Shown piece by piece: positions 1 through 11,860 of a DNA stretch of 36,752 nt (positions within the stretch are counted from its first letter, which is position 1; every line of letters starts with the position of its first letter). The DNA is taken from positions 102,077,061 through 102,113,812 of the forward strand of contig NC_068985.1 in assembly GCF_001194135.2 (NCBI RefSeq), read 5' to 3'. The translations under genes and the position numbers were made by a program. This DNA is from Octopus bimaculoides. Its lineage: Eukaryota. The notes under the pieces were generated by a model. It was not told the origin of the DNA and ran no database searches. It worked only from the letters and a program-made list of their open reading frames with translations.

Positions 1-30
<30 letters not shown>
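1..30. repeat. (TA)n microsatellite
   Basis: Pure AT dinucleotide run at the window start. Confidence 0.97.
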
Positions 31-33
<3 letters not shown>

Positions 34-628
34 AGTTTTAGACATGTGTCTAAATATACATGCATATCACATACACACACACACACATATATAACATGTA
101 TGTGTGTATGTGTGTTATATGTATGAAGCTGTATGTGTGTACGAGTATTTCTAAGCTTGTGCGGGTATACAAGTAAGTCTGCAGCAGAGTTGTGATTATA
201 AGTGTACAAACAGGTGTGACGTTACAATTATGATCGTAGCTGACAATGAAAAAACAAACAAATGTGTTCATCTGAGTCTTGATTAGTATGAACCGTATCT
301 TTGCCGCATAGCTGCAAAGAGCTGCAATATGAGATGAAGGCATATAGTTATGTAAATTATCTGACTAATATTTGCTGATGCTCCGTTACTGTGTAAATTG
401 TCAAGTGCTATAATGGCCTTTCTTTCTGGCAGGCAACCGCTTAACTGTATAGGATTAATGAATGATGCTTGTATTAGCTGTGATATTTTGTGCCACCACA
501 AAGTGCATCGCCCGTGTGAGTAGGCGCTGTAACTGCCATAATGTAAGCGCGAAGCAGCTGAAATTTCCGCTGTATATGTGTGTGTTTGTGTATGTGTGTG
601 TGTGCGCACACCTGTGTGTGCATTTCTC

Positions 629-647
629 TGTGTGTGTGTGTGTGTGT

Positions 648-694
<47 letters not shown>
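629..694. repeat. (TG)n microsatellite
   Basis: Near-perfect TG run with one GA interruption; source of the spurious THTH/VCVC ORFs. Confidence 0.97.
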
Positions 695-696
<2 letters not shown>

Positions 697-880
697 TAAA
701 GGGAAAAAATACCACAGGAGGGCCATACTTTAACACAGTGATTATTAGTTTCAGGCTTGAAACGGAGAAAAGAAAGGAAAAAAAGAAAAGGGTTGTTGAC
801 GTTTCGGACATGGTGTCTATCATCAAAGATGAAGAAAGAAGAAAGATAGAGTGGTGGAAAGGAGGGAAGAAGAAAAAATT
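697..880 (-). mobile_element. Short PLE terminal-repeat-like relic with degenerate hammerhead motif
   Basis: Minus strand reads pyrimidine tract - TTGATGA-TA-GAC-ACCAT-GTC-C-GAAACGTC - pyrimidine tract - AAACTAATA - then (CA)n. Same layout as the copies at 17079 and 18421. Confidence 0.5.
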
Positions 881-1895
881 CATGAGTGCTAGTTCTAATC
901 ACTGGCATAATAATAACACATACATTGTCGCCCATTTTTCAAGATAGATTTACTGCAACCTCATCAAGTTAAAGTCAACTTTTCGTTAGAAAGTTAACGA
1001 TGATTGAATCCGATATTATTTACATAATGAAGATTGCAAAGTAGGATTCGCTAAGTCATGTGTCAGCGGGAAATCTGGTGAAGGACTGAAAACTAGACCC
1101 TTCTTTTACCATTTTCAGTTGTTTGCAACTTCTATTCTTTTATCATTAAACTAAACAAACATTTATGTTGACAACTAACTGAAATTAATATTGAATATTG
1201 TAGGAAGCGCAGCTCTGAAACGTTTGCATCTCTGTCTTTTGAGTGCAAAGGGCTGTGTTCACTGTGTTCGTTCAATTGAAGAGAAAATGAGCTACAAAAC
1301 CTACTGTTTCATTTTTGAGATTATCTAGGAGCAAAAAGCAGCATGTACCTGTCGGAAATCTCGGGTAAGCCGAAGTAGATATACGTTACATCTTTGCTCG
1401 AAGTAACCAAACTGGTTATCGAAACAATAGTTTATATCCCTTGATACAGGTTGACTTCAAACATAAAACTAGATTACACCAGTAACGTATTTTCACAGCA
1501 AGAGGTCCTACGGAGTGTATATCCGTTTCATAGATTCAATTAATTGCAACCGGACTCGTGACGCGGTTGAGATATCTGAGAGATCTCTCGCTATCAAAAT
1601 AAACTATGCATTTTACTCAATTGGTTACTGATCTCTTCTTACTATGTTGTACTAGTCATTCCTCATACACAACCAATGATCATTTATTTGCCCACAAGTA
1701 TGCAGGTCCGGTGCAAGAATTTATACAGACGACAGGTAGTTGTCCTTATATTCCAGTTGTCCCTCTCTGTCGAAGTCAGGGCTACGGAATAGGATTGATA
1801 TAATTCGAAATATGTGTCATTACAGTTCGTTGTCAGAACGCAAAGGACTGCAACCGATACTGCACTAAATTGTTTTCTTCCCACCTCTCTCACAG

Positions 1896-1989
1896 GTCAT
1901 GCAATCCATCGCTCGGAAATGGTTCTCTTTATCGCCCCTGAAATGATAAAAGAAACTTTATTTCGGCCTGATTTGAATATAAAGCGCAG
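1896..1989 (+). CDS. Candidate 94-nt internal exon of an unidentified gene (GHAIHRSEMVLFIAPEMIKETLFRPDLNIKR)
   Basis: Strong acceptor ttgttttcttcccacctctctcacag, donor CAG|gtattt, exactly one of three frames open (phase 1 in, phase 2 out). No recognisable homology. Confidence 0.3.
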
Positions 1990-2171
1990 GTATTTGGAAA
2001 AGAATAGCAAAATACTGCCAAGTAGTCTATCTTTCTATGCAGCACTCTGTCATTTCACCTGTAGAGACTAAATTCATTATCCAATACAAACACTCACCTC
2101 GAAATGCTTCTAAATAGTTTCCACTTACCACATTTCAGTTGATCCGACACATGGCTTGGATCGTTTCGTTC

Positions 2172-2554
2172 GTTTGATACTCCGTCGCTAACGACGTCGA
2201 GGGTTCCAGTTGATCCGATCAACGGAACAGCCTACTCGTGAAATTAACGTGCAAGTGGCTGAGCACTCCACAGACACGTGTACCCTTAATGTAGTTCTCG
2301 GGGATATTCAGCGTGACACAGTATGACAAGGCTGACCCTTTGAATTACAGGCACAACAGAAACAGGAAGTAAGAGTGAGAGAAAGTTGTGGTGAAAGAGT
2401 ACAGCAGGGTTCACCACCATCCCTTGCCAGAGCCTCGTGGAGTTTTAGGTGTTTTCGCTCAATAAACATCTCACAACGCCCGGTCTGAGAATCGAAATCA
2501 CGATCCTATGACCGCGAGTCCGCTGCCCTAACCACTGGGCCATTGCGCCTCCAC
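2172..2554 (-). mobile_element. tRNA-derived SINE, family A (tRNA-Arg-like head; possibly octopus OR1/OR2 type)
   Basis: Reverse complement starts GTGGAGGCGCAATGGCCCAGTGGTTAGG (A box) ... GGTCGTGATTTCGATTCTC (B-box-like). Colinear over its full length with the + copy at 27429-27810; short (AACG)-like tail. Confidence 0.92.
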
Positions 2555-2634
2555 TAGGATAGCAGGTACATTAAAGCATAAACTCATAAACTGTTCCTAC
2601 ATTTGACCTACATTCATATTAGTTTCAATTTTCT

Positions 2635-2848
2635 TTTTGGCACAATAGCACGAATTTCGGGGGAAGAAATAAGTCAATTACATCGACCCTAACACTCAGC
2701 TGGTGTTTATTTTATCGACCCCGAGAGAATGAAAGTCGACCAGAATGGAATTTGAATTCAGAAGATAAATACGGGCGAAACACCTCTGAGCATTCTGCCG
2801 GGGGTTCTAACGATTCTGCCGGGGGTTCTAATGATTCTGCCAGCTCAC
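2635..2848 (-). mobile_element. tRNA-derived SINE, family B, with 21-bp duplication in the head
   Basis: Shares GCTGGCAGAATC head, TTCAAATTCC B box and TCGGGGTCGATAAAATAA central block with copies at 13795, 21232, 31619 and 35343. Confidence 0.8.
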
Positions 2849-3308
2849 CGAGGAGTGCCACAAAACGAAGGCGATGACGATTCATTCACAGGACCAATAC
2901 CACAATTTACTCAAGGCAATGCTCTGCTCCTAACTTAACAATTATAAATACCATTAATTTAACTACAACCACAGAATAGAAACATATGAAAGAACTTTCC
3001 AGATGTTGGATATTCCCACTAAACAGTAGAAACTATGCAATAAAAGAGGAAATAAAGCTGAGATGGGTTGAGCACCGTTGGAAAATGTTAATAACAGTTG
3101 TCCTGGGGTTATACATGAGCAACAATAACAGTTATCTCGATAAGCAACAATATTTTAACCATGAAATTTCATCATCGGCATTACACCATTTATCTAAAGA
3201 TATACTGCACGCACGCACGCACACACACACACACGTGCACACATAAAGACATACACATACACAACACAATGCACCCACTCACACACACCTATGTATATAT
3301 ATATATAT

Positions 3309-4239
3309 NNNNNNNNNNNNNNNNNNNNNNNNNNNNNNNNNNNNNNNNNNNNNNNNNNNNNNNNNNNNNNNNNNNNNNNNNNNNNNNNNNNNNNNNNNNN
3401 NNNNNNNNNNNNNNNNNNNNNNNNNNNNNNNNNNNNNNNNNNNNNNNNNNNNNNNNNNNNNNNNNNNNNNNNNNNNNNNNNNNNNNNNNNNNNNNNNNNN
3501 NNNNNNNNNNNNNNNNNNNNNNNNNNNNNNNNNNNNNNNNNNNNNNNNNNNNNNNNNNNNNNNNNNNNNNNNNNNNNNNNNNNNNNNNNNNNNNNNNNNN
3601 NNNNNNNNNNNNNNNNNNNNNNNNNNNNNNNNNNNNNNNNNNNNNNNNNNNNNNNNNNNNNNNNNNNNNNNNNNNNNNNNNNNNNNNNNNNNNNNNNNNN
3701 NNNNNNNNNNNNNNNNNNNNNNNNNNNNNNNNNNNNNNNNNNNNNNNNNNNNNNNNNNNNNNNNNNNNNNNNNNNNNNNNNNNNNNNNNNNNNNNNNNNN
3801 NNNNNNNNNNNNNNNNNNNNNNNNNNNNNNNNNNNNNNNNNNNNNNNNNNNNNNNNNNNNNNNNNNNNNNNNNNNNNNNNNNNNNNNNNNNNNNNNNNNN
3901 NNNNNNNNNNNNNNNNNNNNNNNNNNNNNNNNNNNNNNNNNNNNNNNNNNNNNNNNNNNNNNNNNNNNNNNNNNNNNNNNNNNNNNNNNNNNNNNNNNNN
4001 NNNNNNNNNNNNNNNNNNNNNNNNNNNNNNNNNNNNNNNNNNNNNNNNNNNNNNNNNNNNNNNNNNNNNNNNNNNNNNNNNNNNNNNNNNNNNNNNNNNN
4101 NNNNNNNNNNNNNNNNNNNNNNNNNNNNNNNNNNNNNNNNNNNNNNNNNNNNNNNNNNNNNNNNNNNNNNNNNNNNNNNNNNNNNNNNNNNNNNNNNNNN
4201 NNNNNNNNNNNNNNNNNNNNNNNNNNNNNNNNNNNNNNN
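3309..4239. other. Assembly gap (largest of 14)
   Basis: N run. Other gaps at approx. 5139-5148, 5670-5960, 7705-8457, 9333-9688, 11242-11764, 12348-12531, 14697-15525, 16625-16996, 19789-20473, 22136-22179, 25883-25976, 30335-30351, 32431-32599; most are flanked by microsatellites. Confidence 0.99.
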
Positions 4240-4459
4240 ATATATATATATATATATACACACACATACACACACTTACATATACACAGGCGCATAGACA
4301 CACCATATCTCAAGGTAAATGCCGAACATGGACATTAACTTTACACCACCCTCCACATCCTGCAAACACACAAACAGCTACAGCAGATGAAACCACAAAT
4401 GAGATAAAACCAGCAGAGAAAGAGAAAGAAAAAGAACAATAATAAAAAAGAATAATAAT

Positions 4460-4870
4460 AATTATTATTATTATTATAAATAAATAAAGCAGCCATCATT
4501 TCTTCTTACAGCATCCGCAAAACTATCACTGGCATTATCATATTATCTAGGAGCAAAATATATAAAAGCAACAGCATAACCGTGACCGCAGTAACGCTCG
4601 GCATTATATTTTCATGACTACCACGAACAGAAGCTCACGTAATCAGAAGCTACCGCCAGCACTGCAAACACAGCAACAGCACTACTCTCAACAACAATAA
4701 CAACGGGGACAGTGACATCATCATCATCGAACACCACTCGCCTCCTCCATCATCAGCACACTCATTAGCACAATCATTTCAACCATGACCGCCACCTTCG
4801 CCACAATCGATTTTGCCGTCACCGCCACCTACAAGTGAAACGACCATCAGATACACTATAATAACACAAG
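4460..4870. repeat. Low-complexity CAG/CAA/CAT/CAC-rich tract
   Basis: Degenerate trinucleotide patchwork, no long clean ORF. Confidence 0.7.
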
Positions 4871-5077
4871 GCGCTGTCACTTCTCGTTATGCATATTAGC
4901 TGGTGGACTGGGAACGGGAGTTGGTGCGAGTAGTCGTGGTACACCAACCAGCTGCAACGTACGACTCTACAAACACAGAAACACACACACACACACTGAG
5001 ACAGGTATGCACACACATACGGACAAATATACACACGTACACACAAACGCACACGTAGACGCTCACACATAACACAG

Positions 5078-5084
<7 letters not shown>

Positions 5085-5138
<54 letters not shown>
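5085..5138. repeat. (CA)n microsatellite
   Basis: Perfect CA run up to a gap. Confidence 0.95.
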
Positions 5139-5431
5139 NNNNNNNNNNAGACACACACGCATACGCACGCAGACACATTCATACTCACACGCTCGTACAC
5201 GCTACACTTATTTAAACCAGGTACCCATATTTACATGTTTCCATCAAAAGAGACACACATACACATATACAAACACATAGACCCACACATACGTCATCAC
5301 ACATTTATACATATAGAAAATGTAGGCCCATGCATCATAGGAACACACATATATACACACACATATACAGGTAAAACATAAACCTAGTCGCATATTGTCA
5401 CACATATTTACACACAATACACACATCTTCT

Positions 5432-5636
5432 TTTTATTCTTTTGTTTGTTTCAGTCATTTGACTGCGGCCATGCTGGGGCACCGCCTTTAGTCGAGCAAA
5501 TCGACCCCAGGAATTAGTCTTTGTAAGCCCAGTACTTATTTTATCGGTCTAATTTGACGAACCGCTAGTTTACGGGCACGTAAACACACCAGCATCGGTT
5601 GTCAAGCGAAGTTGGGTGACAAATACAGACACACAA

Positions 5637-5640
<4 letters not shown>
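5432..5640 (-). mobile_element. Bipartite SINE family C, 3' half
   Basis: Colinear with 11861-12065 (TTGTTTCAGTCATTTGACTGCGGCCATGCTG...CATCGGTTGTCAAGCGA). The 5' half may lie in the adjacent gap. Confidence 0.88.
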
Positions 5641-5669
<29 letters not shown>

Positions 5670-6007
5670 NNNNNNNNNNNNNNNNNNNNNNNNNNNNNNN
5701 NNNNNNNNNNNNNNNNNNNNNNNNNNNNNNNNNNNNNNNNNNNNNNNNNNNNNNNNNNNNNNNNNNNNNNNNNNNNNNNNNNNNNNNNNNNNNNNNNNNN
5801 NNNNNNNNNNNNNNNNNNNNNNNNNNNNNNNNNNNNNNNNNNNNNNNNNNNNNNNNNNNNNNNNNNNNNNNNNNNNNNNNNNNNNNNNNNNNNNNNNNNN
5901 NNNNNNNNNNNNNNNNNNNNNNNNNNNNNNNNNNNNNNNNNNNNNNNNNNNNNNNNNNNNATACATACATACATACAGAACCCAACAAAACTCAAAAACG
6001 ATGTCAG

Positions 6008-6080
6008 GGAGAGAGAGGGAGAGAGAGAGAGAGGGAGAGAGAGAGAGAGAGAAATAGAGAGATAGAGAGAGAGAGAGAGA
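6008..6080. repeat. (GA)n microsatellite
   Basis: Imperfect GA run. Confidence 0.9.
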
Positions 6081-7124
6081 GTGGGAAAGAGTTGATGGAT
6101 CGCATATCTAAAGGATCAATGCGAGCTTATATTGCACGTCACTCGGCAGGTGTAGAATAATTGGCACACGTCTTATCGACTTTGTATAGAATTACTACAC
6201 CTGTATATATTTGGCATTTGCTATTTTTGTGGCTGTGTGCTTGTGTATAAGTGTGTATATAGCAGTAGGTTTATTAATTTTAAACAGTACGTCGGTGGGT
6301 GTGTATATTACATATGATATGCAACTACCGTATGCGTATGTGTGTGTGGGTGTGTATGTGTGTGTGTGTTTGTGTGTGTGAGTAAATGAAGAAAGACAGA
6401 ATGACAGAGAGGAAAAACAAAGGAGTCTGGGCGTTTGAGTAAGTGTCTGTGTTAATCGATGCGAAGGTGAGTGTTCGTTCGCAGAGAAGCATGCGTTGTA
6501 CGGATATGTGCGTATGCATTAGCGTCTATGTGTGTGTGTGTATATATATATATGTGTGTGTGTGCGTATATATTTGTGTGTGTGTATATATATTCGTGTG
6601 TGTGCGTATATATTTGTGTGTGTGTGTGTGTGTGTGTGTGTTTAATGATTTGTGTTTTTTAATGTGAAGTGTGTACGTGACTGCAGGAGATTTATATACG
6701 TTCGTATATGCGTGTTCGTTAGCGTATGTCTTGTAAGGTGTGTACATATGAGTTGTATATTTGCTTCTGTGTGTCTCTGCGCGGCGCCCTATCATACACC
6801 AATATGTATGTTCGGTTACTTGTGTATATGTCGATGTATAGAGCATATGAAAAAAAAAAAATCAAGAGTGATTGAGAGAGAGTGATAATGTATATATTCG
6901 TTGTCATGCGTAAAATGTGTGCGTATATTTGGCGTATGTAGCCTTAACAGCCGATATACATATATATACTGTGTGCGTGCGTGCGTGTGTGTGTGTGTGT
7001 GTGTGAGTGTGTGTGTGTGTATGAATCTAAGCATATGTATATACACAAATACATATATAGATGCATATTCATTTCAATAAACACACAAATATATACACGC
7101 CTATGTATATATACTTAGTGTTTG

Positions 7125-7155
<31 letters not shown>

Positions 7156-7518
7156 GTATACAGACACATATATATACACATATACATAATTATATAGCTC
7201 CAAATGCACACCTCTATATATTGAACACATGTCTTATGCGCAAATGCATACATACATACATGTGCACATACGTATATGCATCCATGCATGAATAGATAGA
7301 TGCATTGCCAGAAACACTTATATGCAGATATCTATATATATTTGAATATATACAAATATACATGAAAACGTGTATCTTTCTGCATACACATTGAGATAAA
7401 CAAGTGTATATGCAGCCGTCATACGCATGCTATATAAATACATGTGTCGGCAAACGTGTCACTCTAAAATGGCGTAGATAAACGCACTCAGCCGTAAACA
7501 CTCACACAAACACGTGTA

Positions 7519-7667
7519 TATGTGTGTATACATACAGATATATATACACATACATATATACATATATATATGTATGTTATATCTATATACCTTCATGTAT
7601 TTATATATATACATATATGTATACTTATATATATATTTATATATATATACAAATATATATTTATATA

Positions 7668-7704
<37 letters not shown>

Positions 7705-8456
7705 NNNNNNNNNNNNNNNNNNNNNNNNNNNNNNNNNNNNNNNNNNNNNNNNNNNNNNNNNNNNNNNNNNNNNNNNNNNNNNNNNNNNNNNNNNNNNNNN
7801 NNNNNNNNNNNNNNNNNNNNNNNNNNNNNNNNNNNNNNNNNNNNNNNNNNNNNNNNNNNNNNNNNNNNNNNNNNNNNNNNNNNNNNNNNNNNNNNNNNNN
7901 NNNNNNNNNNNNNNNNNNNNNNNNNNNNNNNNNNNNNNNNNNNNNNNNNNNNNNNNNNNNNNNNNNNNNNNNNNNNNNNNNNNNNNNNNNNNNNNNNNNN
8001 NNNNNNNNNNNNNNNNNNNNNNNNNNNNNNNNNNNNNNNNNNNNNNNNNNNNNNNNNNNNNNNNNNNNNNNNNNNNNNNNNNNNNNNNNNNNNNNNNNNN
8101 NNNNNNNNNNNNNNNNNNNNNNNNNNNNNNNNNNNNNNNNNNNNNNNNNNNNNNNNNNNNNNNNNNNNNNNNNNNNNNNNNNNNNNNNNNNNNNNNNNNN
8201 NNNNNNNNNNNNNNNNNNNNNNNNNNNNNNNNNNNNNNNNNNNNNNNNNNNNNNNNNNNNNNNNNNNNNNNNNNNNNNNNNNNNNNNNNNNNNNNNNNNN
8301 NNNNNNNNNNNNNNNNNNNNNNNNNNNNNNNNNNNNNNNNNNNNNNNNNNNNNNNNNNNNNNNNNNNNNNNNNNNNNNNNNNNNNNNNNNNNNNNNNNNN
8401 NNNNNNNNNNNNNNNNNNNNNNNNNNNNNNNNNNNNNNNNNNNNNNNNNNNNNNNN

Positions 8457-8508
<52 letters not shown>

Positions 8509-8640
8509 TTATATATATACATATATATTTATATTTATATATATATTTATCTATGTATATATATAAATATATATGTATATATATTTATATATATATATAT
8601 ATATACATAGATAAATATATATTTATATTCATATATATAC
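7519..8640. repeat. Large (TA)n-rich satellite block spanning a gap
   Basis: Degenerate TA/TATG/TACA repeats on both sides of gap 7705-8457. Confidence 0.9.
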
Positions 8641-8679
8641 ACATATGCATGCATGTGTCTGTATATGTATGTACCTGTG

Positions 8680-8714
<35 letters not shown>

Positions 8715-8855
8715 TATGCATTTACCAACAAAATATTTCCATCTGTATGTGTGCGTATGTTTGTATATATGTGTATTTGTAATGTATATATTAAAAAATA
8801 TATTTTTCGTATGCAATAAAGAGAGAAAGGTGGGGCGGACTCGGAGAGAGAGAGT

Positions 8856-8902
<47 letters not shown>

Positions 8903-9269
8903 TGTGTGTGTGTGTGTAGAAAGGGGAAGGTGACTTTAAGGAAACGAAGAGGCGGGGAATAAGAGGTGAGTGATAGAATAATATGTCAATCCCATGTGCT
9001 GAGAGGAAGAAATGAGATGGTGAAAGGAAGTCAACAGACGGAGTATGGGGAGGAGGAGGAATTAGGAGGGTTAGTTAAGAGGGGGAAAGTAAGAGAGTGA
9101 GAGAAAGAAGGACTGAAGGTGAGAGATGTTGTAGAGAGAAGAAAAGGGGAGAGAAAAAAAATTTAGCGAAAGGAATAAGAGAACGCTGAGGAAAATTAGA
9201 GGGAAGCTGAGCTGAGACTAAAAGAAAATGTGCTTGTTGTGCACACACACACGCAAACACACACAACAC

Positions 9270-9332
<63 letters not shown>

Positions 9333-9700
9333 NNNNNNNNNNNNNNNNNNNNNNNNNNNNNNNNNNNNNNNNNNNNNNNNNNNNNNNNNNNNNNNNNNNN
9401 NNNNNNNNNNNNNNNNNNNNNNNNNNNNNNNNNNNNNNNNNNNNNNNNNNNNNNNNNNNNNNNNNNNNNNNNNNNNNNNNNNNNNNNNNNNNNNNNNNNN
9501 NNNNNNNNNNNNNNNNNNNNNNNNNNNNNNNNNNNNNNNNNNNNNNNNNNNNNNNNNNNNNNNNNNNNNNNNNNNNNNNNNNNNNNNNNNNNNNNNNNNN
9601 NNNNNNNNNNNNNNNNNNNNNNNNNNNNNNNNNNNNNNNNNNNNNNNNNNNNNNNNNNNNNNNNNNNNNNNNNNNNNNNNNNNNNNNNGAGACAGAGAGA

Positions 9701-9747
<47 letters not shown>

Positions 9748-10309
9748 AGAGAGAATAAATGAATGAATGAATGAAAGAAGTGACAGATAGTCAGATTATT
9801 TGGGATGAAATAGAAATAGAAGAATGAAAATAGACAACTAAAAACATTTCAAGGTAAAACCATAACCGAGATATTTGGTTCAGGTCTGATTTCTGATGTC
9901 ACTCGATATACTGAAACGTAAGGCTTATATAAACGGTGCTACGCGTTGTGTTGATCGAGACCTAAAAAAAACCAGTGATAGAGGCAACACGTAGGATGTG
10001 AGCAATCAGGTGTGACAGACGAGGGATGCTAAAGAAAGAATAGGTTTTACACCTGGTACGTTTGAAGAAGCGGTATTATTATTACCTGACAACGTTTAAG
10101 CAGTCTTTCCTTCTTTTTTTTTTTTTGTTATTTGTTTCGGTTTCTTTATTTTTATTCCTTTTTTTTTTTTTACCATTAGCTTAGGTATTGATCCCTCTTC
10201 TCCGCTTGCTTATTGATCTATCAATCGATCTTTCTGTCTAGTACAATTTATCCATCAAGCTATCTATCAGTATTTTTAACAATGTACCAATCTGTACCTC
10301 TTCCTCCTT

Positions 10310-10372
10310 TACACTTCCCCTCTCTCTCTCTCTTTAACTTACTTCTCTCTCTCTCTCTCTTTAACTTACTTT

Positions 10373-10434
<62 letters not shown>

Positions 10435-10830
10435 GCTTACTTTTCTCTCTCCTTCTCTCTTGCACTCTTTTTCTCTTTCTGTCACTCTCTCTTTCCCACT
10501 CTATCTCTCTTTTTCTCTCTTTTGTCACTCACTCTCTCTCTCACAATCTTTTTCTCTCTCTATCTCACTCTCTCTATCTCTATCTCTATCTCTCTCTCCC
10601 TCTCTAACGTACTTTTCACTCTCTCCTGGCTTGCACGCTCTTTCTCTCTCTGTCACTCACTCACAATTTCTCTTTCTGTCACTTTCTCTCTCTCTCCCAT
10701 TCTCTCTTTTTGTCACTCAATCTCTCACACGCTCTCTCTCCATCTCTCTCTCTCTCTCGCAATCTATCTCACTCTCTCTCTCTCTCCCTCTCTCTCTCCT
10801 TCTCTCTCCCTCTCTCTCTCTCTCAAACTC
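10310..10830. repeat. About 520-bp compound (CT)n polypyrimidine tract with recurring TGTCACTC and TAACTTACTT units
   Basis: Almost purine-free + strand; TGTCACT recurs about 5 times and (T/C)TAAC(T/G)TACTT-like motifs about 4 times. Confidence 0.9.
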
Positions 10831-11179
10831 ACCCGCTATTTCTTCCTCACTCAGTCTCATTCTATATCTAATTATTTATTAAACTCACATACACATGAAT
10901 ATATTCATAAAACGCGTGCACATCCATGTGTTTGTTATGTGTATGTATGTATGCTAGTGTGTGTGAGTATGTGAGGACGTGTATAAGTGCATGCATAAAT
11001 CCAGTTAACTGTCGGTCGATCCAGATATGTGTCTTACTGCGGTTTGCACAGCGTTCTCAATATAGAAAAAGCGCGCACACTACGACATGATGCATGCAAA
11101 TATAAAAATGCATGTCAGATATACATAACGCAGACAGCACAAAACTTTATCTCTCTCTCTCATCCACTCTTTCTTTCTC

Positions 11180-11241
<62 letters not shown>

Positions 11242-11860
11242 NNNNNNNNNNNNNNNNNNNNNNNNNNNNNNNNNNNNNNNNNNNNNNNNNNNNNNNNNNN
11301 NNNNNNNNNNNNNNNNNNNNNNNNNNNNNNNNNNNNNNNNNNNNNNNNNNNNNNNNNNNNNNNNNNNNNNNNNNNNNNNNNNNNNNNNNNNNNNNNNNNN
11401 NNNNNNNNNNNNNNNNNNNNNNNNNNNNNNNNNNNNNNNNNNNNNNNNNNNNNNNNNNNNNNNNNNNNNNNNNNNNNNNNNNNNNNNNNNNNNNNNNNNN
11501 NNNNNNNNNNNNNNNNNNNNNNNNNNNNNNNNNNNNNNNNNNNNNNNNNNNNNNNNNNNNNNNNNNNNNNNNNNNNNNNNNNNNNNNNNNNNNNNNNNNN
11601 NNNNNNNNNNNNNNNNNNNNNNNNNNNNNNNNNNNNNNNNNNNNNNNNNNNNNNNNNNNNNNNNNNNNNNNNNNNNNNNNNNNNNNNNNNNNNNNNNNNN
11701 NNNNNNNNNNNNNNNNNNNNNNNNNNNNNNNNNNNNNNNNNNNNNNNNNNNNNNNNNNNNNNNNTATATAGATAGATAGATATATAGATATATAGATATA
11801 TATATATATATGTATATGTATATATACATATATAAGCAAGTATCTATATGTATATGTGTA

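Noticed and set aside
283-935. ORFs rich in THTH/VCVC and the 69-aa Lys-rich ORF 738-947
   Set aside because: Translations of the (TG)n tract and of a purine-rich repeat strand; no domain signal.
1320-4558. Exact 17-bp match ATTATCTAGGAGCAAAA at 1320-1336 and 4542-4558
   Set aside because: No flanking similarity; plausible by chance in AT-rich 36 kb.
10213-10974. 253-aa and 140-aa Leu/Ser-rich ORFs
   Set aside because: Translation of the (CT)n tract.
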